In this document: positions 23,635 through 36,364 of the stretch, piece by piece | How the letters are laid out: each line of letters opens with the position of its first letter | Numbering within the stretch: the first letter of the stretch is position 1 | Assembly: GCA_036785375.1 (NCBI GenBank) | Contig: JAWMAR010001141.1 | Coordinates: 310,001-363,823 of the forward strand | Origin: Leucoraja ocellata | Taxonomy: Eukaryota | DNA length: 53,823 bases | Direction of reading: 5' to 3' | Translations under genes and position numbers: made by a program | Notes under the pieces: generated by a model | The model's database searches: none | What the model was told of the DNA's origin: nothing | Seen by the model: the letters and a program-made list of their open reading frames with translations, nothing else

Positions 23635-26600
23635 GTTAGCACTGACCTGCTGCTCAGCTCTTAGTCCTCAGACTGAACGGTCTGACAAATATGGCATGTA
23701 TTAAGAATGAGGAAGAAGGAAACAGGAAACCTGATTGTGAAACCAGAATGAGACTGGTGATAAAATCTGAAACTTTAGAATTTGAAGTTGTCTCAGTTAA
23801 ATTTAAGGTACACAAAAATGGTGGAGAAACTCAGCGGCTCCAGCAGCATCTATGGAGCAAAGGAAATAGGCAACGTTTCGGGCCAAAACCCTTCTTCAGA
23901 CTGATAGGGGGTGGCGGGGTGAAGGAAGGAAAAAGGAGGAGGAGGAGCCCGAGGGCTGGGGGATGGGAGGAGACAGCAAGGGCTGACAAAATTGGAAGAA
24001 TTCGATGTTCATGCCCGCAGGATGCAGACTCCCCAGGCGAAATATGAGGTGCTGTTCCTCCAATTTCCGGTGTTGCTCACTCTGGCAATGGAGGAGACCC
24101 AGGACAGAGAGGTCGGAATGGGAATGGGAGGGGGAGTTGAAGTACTGAGCCACGGGAGGTCAGGTAGGTTCTTGCGGACCGAGCGAAGGTGTTTAATCAA
24201 AGTTAGATTTAGTTCTGTTTAGTCAGTTAAATTTAGTTCTGATTAGTTTAGTAAACAGGCCCTTCGGCCCACCGAGTCCATGCCGATCAGCAATCCTTGC
24301 ACATTAACTCTATCCTGCATACACTAGGGACAGTTTTTTTACTTTTACCAAGCCAATTTACCTACATACCTGTACGTCTGGAGTGTAAAATAAAAGTAAT
24401 CCAATTTTCATTGACTGATGAAAGTACTCCAGCCTTTTATTTTTTTATTTTTTACTTTTGGAGATACTTGTGGAAAGAGGCTCTTTGTCCCACTGAGTCC
24501 GCACCGACCAGCGATGACCCCGCACACTAGCACCATTCTACACTCTAGAAACAGTTTACAATTTTTCTTACCAAAGGTAATCAACCAACAAACCTGTACG
24601 TCTTTGGGATGTGGGAGGAAACCGGAGCACCCGGAGGAAACCCATGCAGTCGCAGGGAGAATGTACAAACTCTACACAGACAGCACCATAGTCGGGATTG
24701 AATCTAGGTCTCTGGCGCTGTGAGAGGGGGCGGGCATCTTTAATCTGTCTGGGGTGACATGGCTCTTGGGTTGGGCTGGGATCATTCTCTGCGGGATGAT
24801 CTTAGTGCGGGAGACAAGTGTAGGACAGGTGTACTGACTGTGGGCAGACACTTTGGAAGTGATTTCCCACCAGTCTCAAAACCCGCTGTGTCTCCCTGTC
24901 CCTGGGATTAGCAGGGGGTGACCAAACAGCACAATATTCCCCTCCCGCTCCATGCCAACATGAAGGGCAACAATCCCAAGGCTTTAGCGTCAGGAACAGC
25001 GGGCAGGTGACAAAGAGTGGTGAATCTCTGGAATTCTGTGCCACAGGAGGTTGTTGAGGCCAGTTCATTGGCTATATTTAAAAGGGAGTTAGATGTGGCC
25101 CTTGTGGCTAAAGGTATCATGGGGTATGGAGAGATGGCGGGCACAGAATACTGAGTTGGATGATCAGCCATGATCATATTGAATGGCGGTGCAGGCTCGA
25201 AGGGCCGAATGGCCTACTCCTGCACCTATTTTCTATGTTTCTTTTTTTTAAAAATTTTATACCAATTTTTAATTTTTTAATTTTTTTTTTATTATTTAAA
25301 AAAAAAGATAGAAATAAAAGAAGTAAGGAAAGTGAGCAAGAATCGTGAAGGTGCAGGAAAGTGTTGGGAAAAGAAATCCCCTTAGGGAAGAAGTTAGAGA
25401 AGGAAGTAAAGAAAGGAAATAAGACCCTAAAAAGAAAAGAAAGAAAAGGAAAAACAATTGCTCTATTGTAACACAAAACTCGCAATAAAGGATGTACCAA
25501 CCGTGTTTTTTTTTTAATGTATTTACCCCCCGTTACCAGATCCTGGTATTATTTATATTTTAAATTACTATTGCACCTTATGCTATGTTTCTATGTTTCT
25601 ATGAAGGAACTGCAGATGCTCGTTAAAACCGAAGATTGACTCAAAAACCTAGAGTTATTCATTGGGTGAGGCAGCATCTTTGGAGTAAAGGAATAGGTGA
25701 TGTTTTGAGTCGATGCCTTTCTTCGGACAAAGTTAGGGGACAGGGAAACAAGGGTAACAAGGGAAACAAGTCTCTTACCTAGAGCAGGGGAATCAAGACT
25801 CAGGGGACAAGGCTTCAGGTGAAAGCAAAAATATTTAATAGGATCCTTAGGGGCATCATTTTTTTACACAGTGAGTTGTGGGTGTATGGAATGAGCTAAC
25901 TGATGAGGTAGTTGAGGCAGGTGCTACAAAAACATTTTAAAGGCATTTGGACAGTTACATGAATTGGACTAGTTTCGTAGGAGATGGACCAAACGCTGGC
26001 AGGAGGAACTAGAGTAGATGGGGCATCTTAGTTGACGTGATATGACAATCAAGCACACTAAACGCTTGCGTTTAACAATACAATACAAAACAATACAAAA
26101 TCGACCAAATGTCGTCGACATGGATTCAGTTCCAGTGCGTAAAAAAAATTATGAGAAGAATATACCTTGCACTATATTTGTTTTGAGTACTGTTGATATC
26201 AATCTTGTAATTGGAGATAGTGTGGTTGTCATTGGTTCTGTTATAAAAATATATGTTATTGTTAATGTTTAATGTTTTAGGTGTCATTCATAATGTCACT
26301 GTGTGTCACATTGCAATTGCGTGCGGAGCACCAAGGCAAATTCCTTGTATGTGAATACTTGGTCAATAAACCTATTCATTCATAAACCTATTCATTCATC
26401 ATTCATTCATCATTCCTTCATAAGTTTATTCAAGTTCTGTTGAGGCAAGGAAATAAAATTAAGTCTCAGCTGTTTTCACATGCAGTGAATAAAGAGAACA
26501 AGATTGTCAGATGGAACCCATTGCTTTGAGTAAAGTGCCAATTAGTTTGAGAGATACGGTGACTTTCCTTGAGTGGAATTGGACGTCTTAGTTGAGTTGA

Positions 26601-27544
26601 GTTTAGTTTAGAGATACAGCATGGAAACAGGACCTTTGGCCCACCTAGTTGACGCCAACCAGCTATCTCCTCCGCACACCAGCACTATCCTGCATACACT
26701 AGGGTCAATTTACAATTTTACCAAAGCCAATTAACCTAAAAACCTGCACGTCTTTGAGTGTGGGAAGAAACCAAAGATCTCAGAGAAAACCCACTTGGTC
26801 ATGGGGAGAACATACAAACTCCGTACAGACAGCACCCGTATCGAACCCGCGTCCCTGGCGCTGAAATGAAGGCAGCAACACCACCGCTATACACCCGTGC
26901 CGCCCTATGTATCATTTATATTTTTGTGTGTCTACGTGTATGTGATGTTGCCACAAGTGCGATTTTCATTGTATCTGCACCTCACCATACGTGCACATAA
27001 GAATGACAGACTTGACTTGAAAACAGCTCAGCAAAGTATATTACAGTGATGTTCTCATGAGAAAAAGTAGTTCCAGAACATTTGATCTGATGGGATGTCA
27101 TAGCTTATAGTTTCCCTCTTCTAAATATTCTTCACAGTTAAAACCATGAGGCATTTCCAGGATTGAATACAATTTATTCCACATAACTGCAATGTCATGC
27201 TACACAACACAAAATAATAAGTCATTGCTATAAAGGCTAGCAACATTGTTTAAATGGCACCTTTACTGAGTGAATATTGTGTAAACTAAGTTAATAATTT
27301 TAGCAGAAGAAGCATTAATTCTGTGCAGTCTATTATGAAAGCAAAATGAAAAACACTTTATCAATGCCCTTTATGTGCGACTATTTGCATACCTTGGGTT
27401 AGCAAGCAAAGAATTTCACTGTGACTTGTCACACGTGACAATGAAGTATTAATTAATTAATTCATTCAAAATAATAATGATCATTTGGTCTTGTTGGAGA
27501 GTTGTTTCACAGTCACTATCACCAGTGGATCTTCATTCTGCCTT

Positions 27545-27580
27545 CTACGGCAAGCTGTGAGGTTTCGGTTCATTAGGTCC
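27545..27580 (-). CDS. Gene C exon 5, short tail
   Basis: GPNEPKPHSLP*. Confidence 0.7.
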   Translation of the reverse strand, partial: GPNEPKPHSLP

Positions 27581-30500
27581 CTGCAAAAAAAAATGTTTGA
27601 AGTCATCAGATAATTGACTCCGGGAATTGTGCTTTATTTCACAAGGCCACTAACAACAGAATTCTTGTTCCAATTGGCACAGTGATGCAGCTGATAGAGC
27701 TGCTGCCTCCCAACGTCCAAGAATTTGCTTGGATTTTGACTTTGATGCTATCTGTGTGGAGTTTGCATGTTCTCGCTGTGTCCATGTGGGTTTCCTCCGC
27801 GAGCTCCGGTTTCCTCCCACCTCCCAAAGACTTGTGGGTTTCCAGGTTAATTGGCCAGTGTGAATTTCCCCTAGTGTGTTGGGAGTTGGGATGAGAGAAT
27901 GGGATAACATCAAACTAATGCGTACGGGTGATCAATGGCCTGATCGGCACAAAGTGCTGGAGTAACCCAGCGAGTCTGGCACGATCTCTGGAGAAAAAGG
28001 ATGGGTGACATTTCAGGTCGGGACCCTTCTTCAAACTGAAAGTAGAGGGGAGGGAATTGGGTTCAGATAAGATGGTCTGCGCTTGTTACAGTGGGTCAAA
28101 GGGCCTGTTTCCCAGTTGTATTTCTCTGATTCAATGACACTACAACATCTACGTCAAACACTTCAGTTCATTCTGCACACACACATCTTGTCAAGACCAA
28201 TTGATATCATCTTCGTAGAGCATTGGTTTGGCCTATATTTGTGAAGTACTTTATCTAAACGCTTTTCGTTTGTTTTATTTTATCAGCATGTTTGAAGGTA
28301 TTAATGGACAGCATTTGGAAGCATTCAGCGATTCTGATGATCTCCGCAAAACATACCTTCCTTATACTTGTGAACAATGAGACTGAGATGCTGCAGATCC
28401 CAAGCAGAGCGAAGTACAGCCAGCGTCCCACATTCCATATCATGTAACTGAGCAAAAGGGGAAAGATACAGAATCAGTAGGAGGAAACAGACTAGTTCGT
28501 GTTGGAAACATTCATAGCCTGATTGTTGTGAAATCTCTGCATGGAGCAGGGTACAGCAACAGAGCCCAGGGAGTTCAGCTGGGAAATTCCACCATCCAGG
28601 ATCTCAACCTGAAACCTCACCTATCCATGTTCTTCAGAGATGCTGCCTGACTAGCTGAGTTACTCCAGCATTTTGTGTCTAGCGTTGATAAAGTTAGATA
28701 AGAAAAGATGGGAGAAGTGACGAGTGGTATGTAAACACCAGCATGGGATCAGTTCAGTTGATCTTTTCTGTGCCTTAAATCCTATGTGATCAGATGCAAG
28801 TCTGATGAAACAAAGTTGGAAGATCTCCAATGAGGTAGATGGGAGGTCAGGATCGCTGGTGAGGGGATGATTCAGTTGCCTGATAACCGTTGGGAAGAAA
28901 ATGTCCCTGACTCTGCAGGTGTGCGTTTTCAAACTTCAACTCTACCGCTGCACCACCATGCCACCCTCGACAACCTAGAGTTACTCCAGTACTTTGTGTT
29001 GTACTCAAGGATCCAGCATCCAGCCAGTTTAATTCCCGGGATGGCGGGACTGTCATATGATGAAAGAATGGAGCGACTGGGCTTGTATTCACTGGAATTT
29101 AGAAGGATGAGAGGGTATCTTATAGACACATATAAAATTATTAAGGGATTATTAAGGGACACGTGAGATGCAGGAAACATGTTCCCGATGTTGGGGGTGT
29201 CCAGAATCAGGGGCCACAGTTTAAGAATAAGGGGTAGGCCATTTAGAACTGAGACGAGGAAAACCTTTTCACCCAGAGAGTTGCGAATCTGGGGAATTCT
29301 TTGCCTCAGAAGGCAGTGCAGGCTGAATCACTGGATACACTCAAAAGAGAATTAGATAGAGTTCTTAGGGCTAGCGGAATCAAGGGATATGGGGACAAGG
29401 CAGGAACGGGGTACTGATTGTGGATGGTCAACCATGATCACATTGAATGGCAGTGCTGGCTCGAAGGGCAGAATGGCCTACTCCTGCACTATTGTCTATC
29501 TATCTATGTATGGATCAACAGTTCCTTGTGTCTCCACCTCTCATATTGAAAACAAGGCCAATCAAAACTTGAGCAAGTGAAAATTATACCTGTTAGAGAA
29601 ACTGGTGGCATGATCATTGTTTTCGGATGTTACTTTTGTAGTTGAAGTAAATGCTACTGTTGTTGTTGTTGACGATCCAGGATTAGGTTCAGGTTCTGTT
29701 GAGAAAAGGAAATAAAAGACAATTAAAGATAGACAAAATATGCTGGAGTAACTCAGCGGGACAGGCAGCATCTCTGGAGAGAAGGAATGGGTGAAGTTTA
29801 GAATAGAAACATAGAAATTAGCTGCAGGAGTAGGCCATTCAGCCCTTCGAGACTGCACCGCCATTCAATATGATCATGGCTGATCATCCAACTCAGTATC
29901 CCGTACCTGCCTTCTCTCCATACCCCCTGATCCCCTTAGCCACAAGGGCCACATCTAACTCCCTCTTAAATATAGCCAATGAACTGGCCTCAACTACCCT
30001 CTGTGGCAGAGAGTTCCAGAGATTCACCACTCTCTGTGTGAAAAAAGTTCTTCTCATCTCGGTTTTAAAGGATTTCCCCCTTATCCTTAAGCTGTGACCC
30101 CTTGTCCTGGACTTCCCTAACATCGGGAACAATCTTCCTGCATCTAGCCTGTCCAACCCCTTAGGAATTTTGTAAGTTTCTATAAGATTCCCTCTCAATC
30201 TCCTACATTCTAGAGAGTATAAACCAAGTCTATCCAGTCTTTCGTCATTCGGGTCTGAGGATGGGTCTCGGGCCGAAACGTCACCCATTCCTTCCCTCCA
30301 GAGACGCTGCCTGTCCCGCTGAGATACTCCAACATTTCAAGTTCAAGTTCACATATTGTCACGTGCACCAATTAAGGTACAGTGGTATTTGAGTTATCAT
30401 ACAGCCATACAAGTTTAAAAACATAACGCAATACACAATAGTTTTAACATAAACATCCACCACAGTGGAATCATCATTCCTCACTGTGATGGAAGGCAAC

Positions 30501-33500
30501 AAGGTTCAGTCATCTTCCTCCTTTGTTTACCCGTGGTGGTCGGGGCCTTGAACCCTCAGCACTGCCACTGCCGACGGCCCGATGTTCAAGCCCTCTCGTC
30601 GGGATGATGGAGACTCCGGAGTCGGGGCGGAACGGAAACTCTCCGCGGCTTCACGGTATTAAAGTCCGCAAGCCCCGCGGTTGTAGAGCTTCCACAGCGA
30701 TTCTCAGCAAAGGATCACAGCTCCGCAATGTTAAAGTCCGCGTCGCCCTTGCGGCGAAGCTCCAGCCCGGTCTCCAGGAAAGGCCGCATCCATCCAGTTG
30801 TTAGTCCGTGGGGAGGGGACGGAGACGTGACACGGGGAAAGATCACATCTCTGTTGCGGTAAGTGACTGAAAACGGGTTCGCCCCCCCCTCCCCTCCGCT
30901 CACCCCCCCTCACCTCACCTCCCCTCACCCCCCTCCCCTCCCGTCACACCCCACATGAAAAAAACAAAGAGAAACATTAAAACATACATTTTAGACAGAC
31001 TGAAAATAACAAAAAAGTCGAAATAACACACAGACTGCTGGCGAGGCTGCCATCTCGGCGCCACCCAGTGACGCATCTATATTATCTATAGATTTTGTGT
31101 CTATGTTCGATTAAAACAGCATCTGCAGTTCATTCCTCCACAATAAAAGACATTTCCCTGTTTGCCGTTTCATCATTATTCCAGATCCAGGGGCATCATC
31201 TGCACACTCCCAGGAGGGGTAAGAACAGAATTCGGCCAAAGCTCAAAGATCCCGGCACTGATCCCTATGGTGCATCATTAAGGGCGGCACGGTGGCGCAG
31301 CTGTAGAATTGCTGCCTTACAGCGCCAGGGACCCGGGTTCGATCATGACCACGGGTACTTGTCTGTCTGTCTGTCTGGAGTTTGTACATTCTCCCCCTGA
31401 CCTGCTTGGGTTTTCTCTGAAAACTTCGGTTTCCCCCCCACACTCCAAAGACGTACAGGTTTACAGGTTAAGGTTCAAGAACCAAGCTGACCTCCCGGTG
31501 GCTCAGCACTTCAACTCCCCCTCCCACTCCGTCTCCGACCTCTCTGTCCTGGGTCTCCTCCATGGCCACAGCGAGCAGCACCGGAAATTGGAGGAACAGC
31601 ACCTCATATTCCGTTTGGGGAGTCTGCACCCCGGGGGCATGAACATCGAATTCTCCCAATTTTGTTAGTCCTTGCTGTCTCCTCCCCTTCCTCAGCCCCC
31701 CCCCCCCCCGCTGTCTCCTCCCATCCCCCAGCCTTCTGGCTACTCCTCCTTTTCCCTTTCATGTCCCCACCCACCCCCGCCCCCGATCAGTCTGAAGAAG
31801 GGTTTCGGCCCGAAACGTTGCCTATTTCCTTCGCTCCATAGATGCTGCTGCACCCGCTGAGTTTCTCCAGCTTTTTTGTGTAACCCAGGTTTACAGGTTA
31901 ATTGGCTTGGTATAAATGTAAAACGTACCGTCAGATACTTGGACCCGAACGTTAAACATTGGATCCAAGCCAGATGTATCAATTCCACAGCTGTACCGTC
32001 CTGTATCGCTAGAGAGAAGACCCTCCACAGTCACAGTAAATATTCCTTGTGTCGAGTTATCTGTGATTGACCCTCTTCCACTCCGTCCGTGTTGCCCATT
32101 TGTTTTCACTACATCTGAACACGAGTTAGTCCACCCATGACACCAGTATTTTGTATGTGAACGGTACCAGACTTCATAGTGACAATCGATTGTGATATCT
32201 TTTCCCACAACTCCTCTTACATATTTCTCTGCCCACAGAGCACCTGAAACTGAGAAGAAAAATCATCAGAACATGTACAGGACAAATCTACTTAACACAG
32301 CGTTTGCTGTCCCACCCACTCTTCCCCTAATCAACGATGGGCCGAATGGTCCAACCCGTGTGTGGACATTCACTTACCCTTGAGCCAAGCACAAAGTGCC
32401 CGTGTAACTCAGCAGATCTGGCAGCATCTGTGGAGGGAATGGACACGTGACCTGTCGGGTTTGGACCCTGCTTCAGACTGATTAAAGTAGGGCGGGGAAA
32501 GCTGGAAGAGAGGTGGAGATGGGATAAAGCCTGGCAAGTGACAGGTGGAAGGTAGACACAAATTGCTGGAGTAACTCAGCAGGACAGGCAGCACAACAAG
32601 TGGATACAGATGAGGGGGGAATTTTGACTGGTTCACGAGTGGACAAAGACTGGAGGTGAAAAGCGGTCAAAATTTTGTCAGATAAGGAGAGAAGAGAAAC
32701 GACATGTAAAGACAGAGGGAGAGGTATATTTGGCAGTGGACAGGGTAGAAAGGGAAGAATATGCATGGGTTCAATGGTGGGGGATGTGCAACGTAAAATT
32801 GGCGAATTTAATGATCATAAGATATTTTTCTATTGATTGAACTGATTGAAAAATACAGCATGGAAAGATGCCCTTTGGCCCATCGAGTCCTTTTCACTAA
32901 AGATAGACACAAGGTGCTGGAGTAACTCAGCGGGTCAGGCATCATGTCTGGAGAAATAGAATGCGTGATGTTTCGGGATTGGGACTTTTCTTCAGACACC
33001 CTTCTAAGTTACTCCAGCACTTTGTTTCTATCTTTGGTACAAACCAGCACCTGCAGTTCTTTGGTCCTAACTGTTTACACTAGTTGGGCAGCACAGTAGC
33101 ACAGCAGAAGAGTGGCTGCCTTACAGCGCCAAGGACCCGGGTTTGATCCTGACTATGGATGCTGCCTGTACAGAATTTGTACGTTCTCCCTGTGACCGCA
33201 TGGGTTTCCTCTGTGTGTTCCAGTTTCCTCCCACAATCCAAACATGAGTAGGTTTGTAAGTTAATTGGCTTCTGTAAATTACCCCAAGGGTGTAGGATAG
33301 AACTGGTGCACGGGTAATCGTTGGTCGGCTTGGACATTGTGGGCCGAAGGGCCTGTTCAAGGCTGTATCTCTAAAACTAACTAATTGTCATATTGCATTT
33401 AATGAGCTGTGAGAATATTCCCCAAGGTCCTTCTGTTCCTCCACACTCCCTCAACATCCATATATTAATGTCTTTATTTAGACCTCTTTGTCAAATGTAA

Positions 33501-36364
33501 TTCCTCTCACTTCTCTGGATTAAACTGGCTTTGCCACTTTTCTGCCCTACTGATTTGTCCATCCATATACGCCCTGGGGTCAAAAGCCTTCTCCTCCCTG
33601 TCAACCATCCAGCTGACCTTTGTCTCATCGGCAGAGGACTTCACCATGCCCCCTACATTTATCTACATAGATGATTCTTGCTATTGAGGGAGTGCAGCGT
33701 AGGTTTACAAGTTTAAACCCCGGGATGGCGGGACTGTCATATGCTGAGAGAATGGAGCAGCTGGGCTTGTATACTCTGGAACTTAGGATGAGAGGGAATC
33801 TTATTGAAACATGTAAGATTATTAAGGGTTTGGACACGCTAGAGACAGGAAACATGTTCCCGATGTTGGGGGAGTCCAGAACCAGGGGCCACAGTTTAAG
33901 AATAAGGGGTAAGCCATTTAGAACGGAGACAAGGAAACACAGAGAGTTGTGAGTATGTGGAATTCTCTGCCCATTCTCTGGAAACTTTCAAGAGAGAGCT
34001 AGATAGGGCTCTTAAAGATAATAGTTAGGGGATAAGGGGAGAAGGCAGGAACGGGGTACTGATTGGGGATGATCAAGCATGATCACATTCAATAAACAAT
34101 GGACAATAGACAATAGGTGCAGGAGTAGGGCATTTGGCCCTTCGAGCCAGCAACGCCATTCAATGTGATCATGGCTGATCATTTCCGTTCTAAATGGCTT
34201 ACTCATTGTTCTTCAACTGTGGCTCCTGGTTCTGGACTCCCCCAACATCGGAAACATGTTTCCTGCCTCTAGCGTGTCCAAACCTTTAATAATCTTAAAA
34301 TAATTTTACAATAATCTTACAATAATCTTACATGGCAGTGCTGGCTCAAAGGGCCAAATGGCCTACTCCTGTACCTATTGTCTATTGATGAGTACTGAGG
34401 CTTGTGGATCCCTACAACAACCTTATCCCCCAAATGCACGTATATCGTTGGCCTGTTTTATGGACGGTAAACCTTATTTGCCATCTTTCCCATTTATAAA
34501 CTAGGAAATAGTCACCTACACTTCACGCTGCCTTGCAAGGCCACCAGCATAATCATGGAGCAGTTTCATCCCAGTCACTCCTTCTTTACCTGTCTACCAT
34601 TAAGCACGAGGAACAGAAGTTTGAACCCAATGGTCTAGATTCAGAGATAGTTTTCTTCCCAACTGTCTTCAGGCAACTGACCCATCCTCTCACTAGCTAG
34701 AGCGCAGTCCTGGCCTCCTATTTACCCCCTTGAAAAATCAATAATTGGACTTCATTGGACTAAACTAAACTAAACTAGTATAGCAATGATCCTAGATTAC
34801 CGGAAATGATCTGGTGAATGAAGACAGTTAATGTTGGCCTTCACCTGCATCTGAGCATCAGTGATAACATTGCAAAAAAGAATTTACTTGGTAACAATAA
34901 ATTATTAATATTGCATGCTGATGACTTTGACAAATATGCATAGTTGACGTCCAAGAACAAGAAGGAAATGGCTACTTATTGCAAGAGCAACCCACAGCCC
35001 AAGATGGACGTCAAACAACATCTGAACTTTAAATAAGAGGAAGTGTTGTAAAATGGAGACAATTGTTTTGGCATTATTGCTTGGCTGCTGTTAGTGAGTG
35101 CAAGCAAGCAATAAAACAATGTTTCATGAATAGACAGGGTCCCTTTGCACTTTGACACTGTTACTTTAGTTTAGTTTAAGACAGAGCATGGAAACTGGCC
35201 CGTTGGCCCAATGTGACTGTGCTGACCTAGTATCTTGTACACTAGGGACAATTTACATAGTCCTTATTCCCTATTTTTAGAGGCCAATTAACCTACAAAT
35301 CTGTGCGTCTTTGGGATGTGGGAGGAAACCAGAGGACTGGGGAAAAAACCCATGCGGTCACAGGGTGAAAGTGCAAACTCCCTACAGACAGTCCCCTTAG
35401 TTTGGATTGAACCCAGGTCTCTGGTACTGTAAGGCACCGCTGTGTCACTGTCCCAGTCACTTGTAATTGTCTAATTGAGGGGACAGAGATGTTTGGCAAC
35501 ATATAGATGTACTAATGGGTGGGAGGGTTGGGGCTGGTTGAGGAAGATGGAACTGGATGAAGAGGATGTGTTTGATAGAGAATACACAAGCAGAACATGA
35601 GATGTTGATTGATAGTTCAAAACTCAATGGTACAAACATTACATTTTCCAATTTTGGGAAATTCACACTCTCTGGTGTTCTCCTCCCACACAAGCCCACC
35701 TGCCGATCCTGATTCAACCTTTCCTGCCTCACTTGCTCAGTCTCGATACAGGGTCCTCTTCACATTCACAGATGCTGGCTGACCCACTGAGTTCTTTTTT
35801 CTTGATCCACGCCCCAATATTGTGCAGTTATCTTTACATCTGCAAGCATTTAACTATCTCCACTGCAGAAATGGTGCACAAGACCCAGATACATTCTGAT
35901 CACCAAAATGAATATCAAAATAAAGCTATGGAGGTTAACAAAATCTAACACGAAAACAAAAAAATAATCATGTGGTCAGGCCGCATCTGTGGGGAGAGAT
36001 AGAGTTAGGTTTTAGGTCGAAGGATCTCTGATCTGAAAGGGTAATTCTTTTTCTCGGCACACCTGCTAAGTATTTCCAGCATATGTAAAGGAAGGAACTG
36101 CAGATGCTGGTTTACACTGAAGATAGACACAAAATGCTGGAGTAACTCAGAGGACAGGCAGCATCTCTGGATAGAAGGTATGGGTGACATTTCGGGTCGA
36201 GACTTTTCTTCAGCCTGTCCCGCTGACTTACTCCAGCACTTTGTGACTATCTCGTACTTCCCGTAGAGTCTGGTCACATGACCGTCCAAATCAAGCTGTT
36301 ACTTACCGGGCAGGGAATAAATGAGCAGCATTGGAATCCACATAGTTTTATCCAAGGAGACCAT
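27545..36364 (-). CDS. CD300/pIgR-like (MDIR-like) single-V activating-type receptor, gene C (~203 aa)
   Basis: complement(join(27545..27580,28357..28447,29590..29695,31929..32249,36307..36364)) = 612 nt, open, splice sites intact. Confidence 0.88.
28357..28447 (-). CDS. Gene C exon 4, transmembrane with Arg
   Basis: YMIWNVGRWLYFALLGICSISVSLFTSIRK. Confidence 0.88.
29590..29695 (-). CDS. Gene C exon 3, stalk
   Basis: EPEPNPGSSTTTTVAFTSTTKVTSENNDHATSFSN. Confidence 0.85.
31472..31885 (+). mobile_element. Unit-C-specific 5'-truncated Penelope insertion with a 16 bp TSD
   Basis: TSD caggtttacaggttaa at 31456-31471 and 31886-31901, GIY-YIG C-terminus, empty site in A and B. Confidence 0.92.
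31929..32249 (-). CDS. Gene C exon 2, V-type Ig domain
   Basis: VSGALWAEKY..IDCHYEVWYRSHTKYWCHGWTNSC..DTGRYSC, 321 nt (one extra codon). Confidence 0.95.
36307..36364 (-). CDS. Gene C exon 1, signal peptide
   Basis: MVSLDKTMWIPMLLIYSLP, donor G|gtaagt. Confidence 0.85.

Larger units (their letters stand above)
12182..24724. repeat. Tandem segmental duplication unit B (12543 bp)
   Basis: The same junction (ggcgctgtgag|agggggcggg) occurs at 12181/12182 and 24724/24725. Confidence 0.95.
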
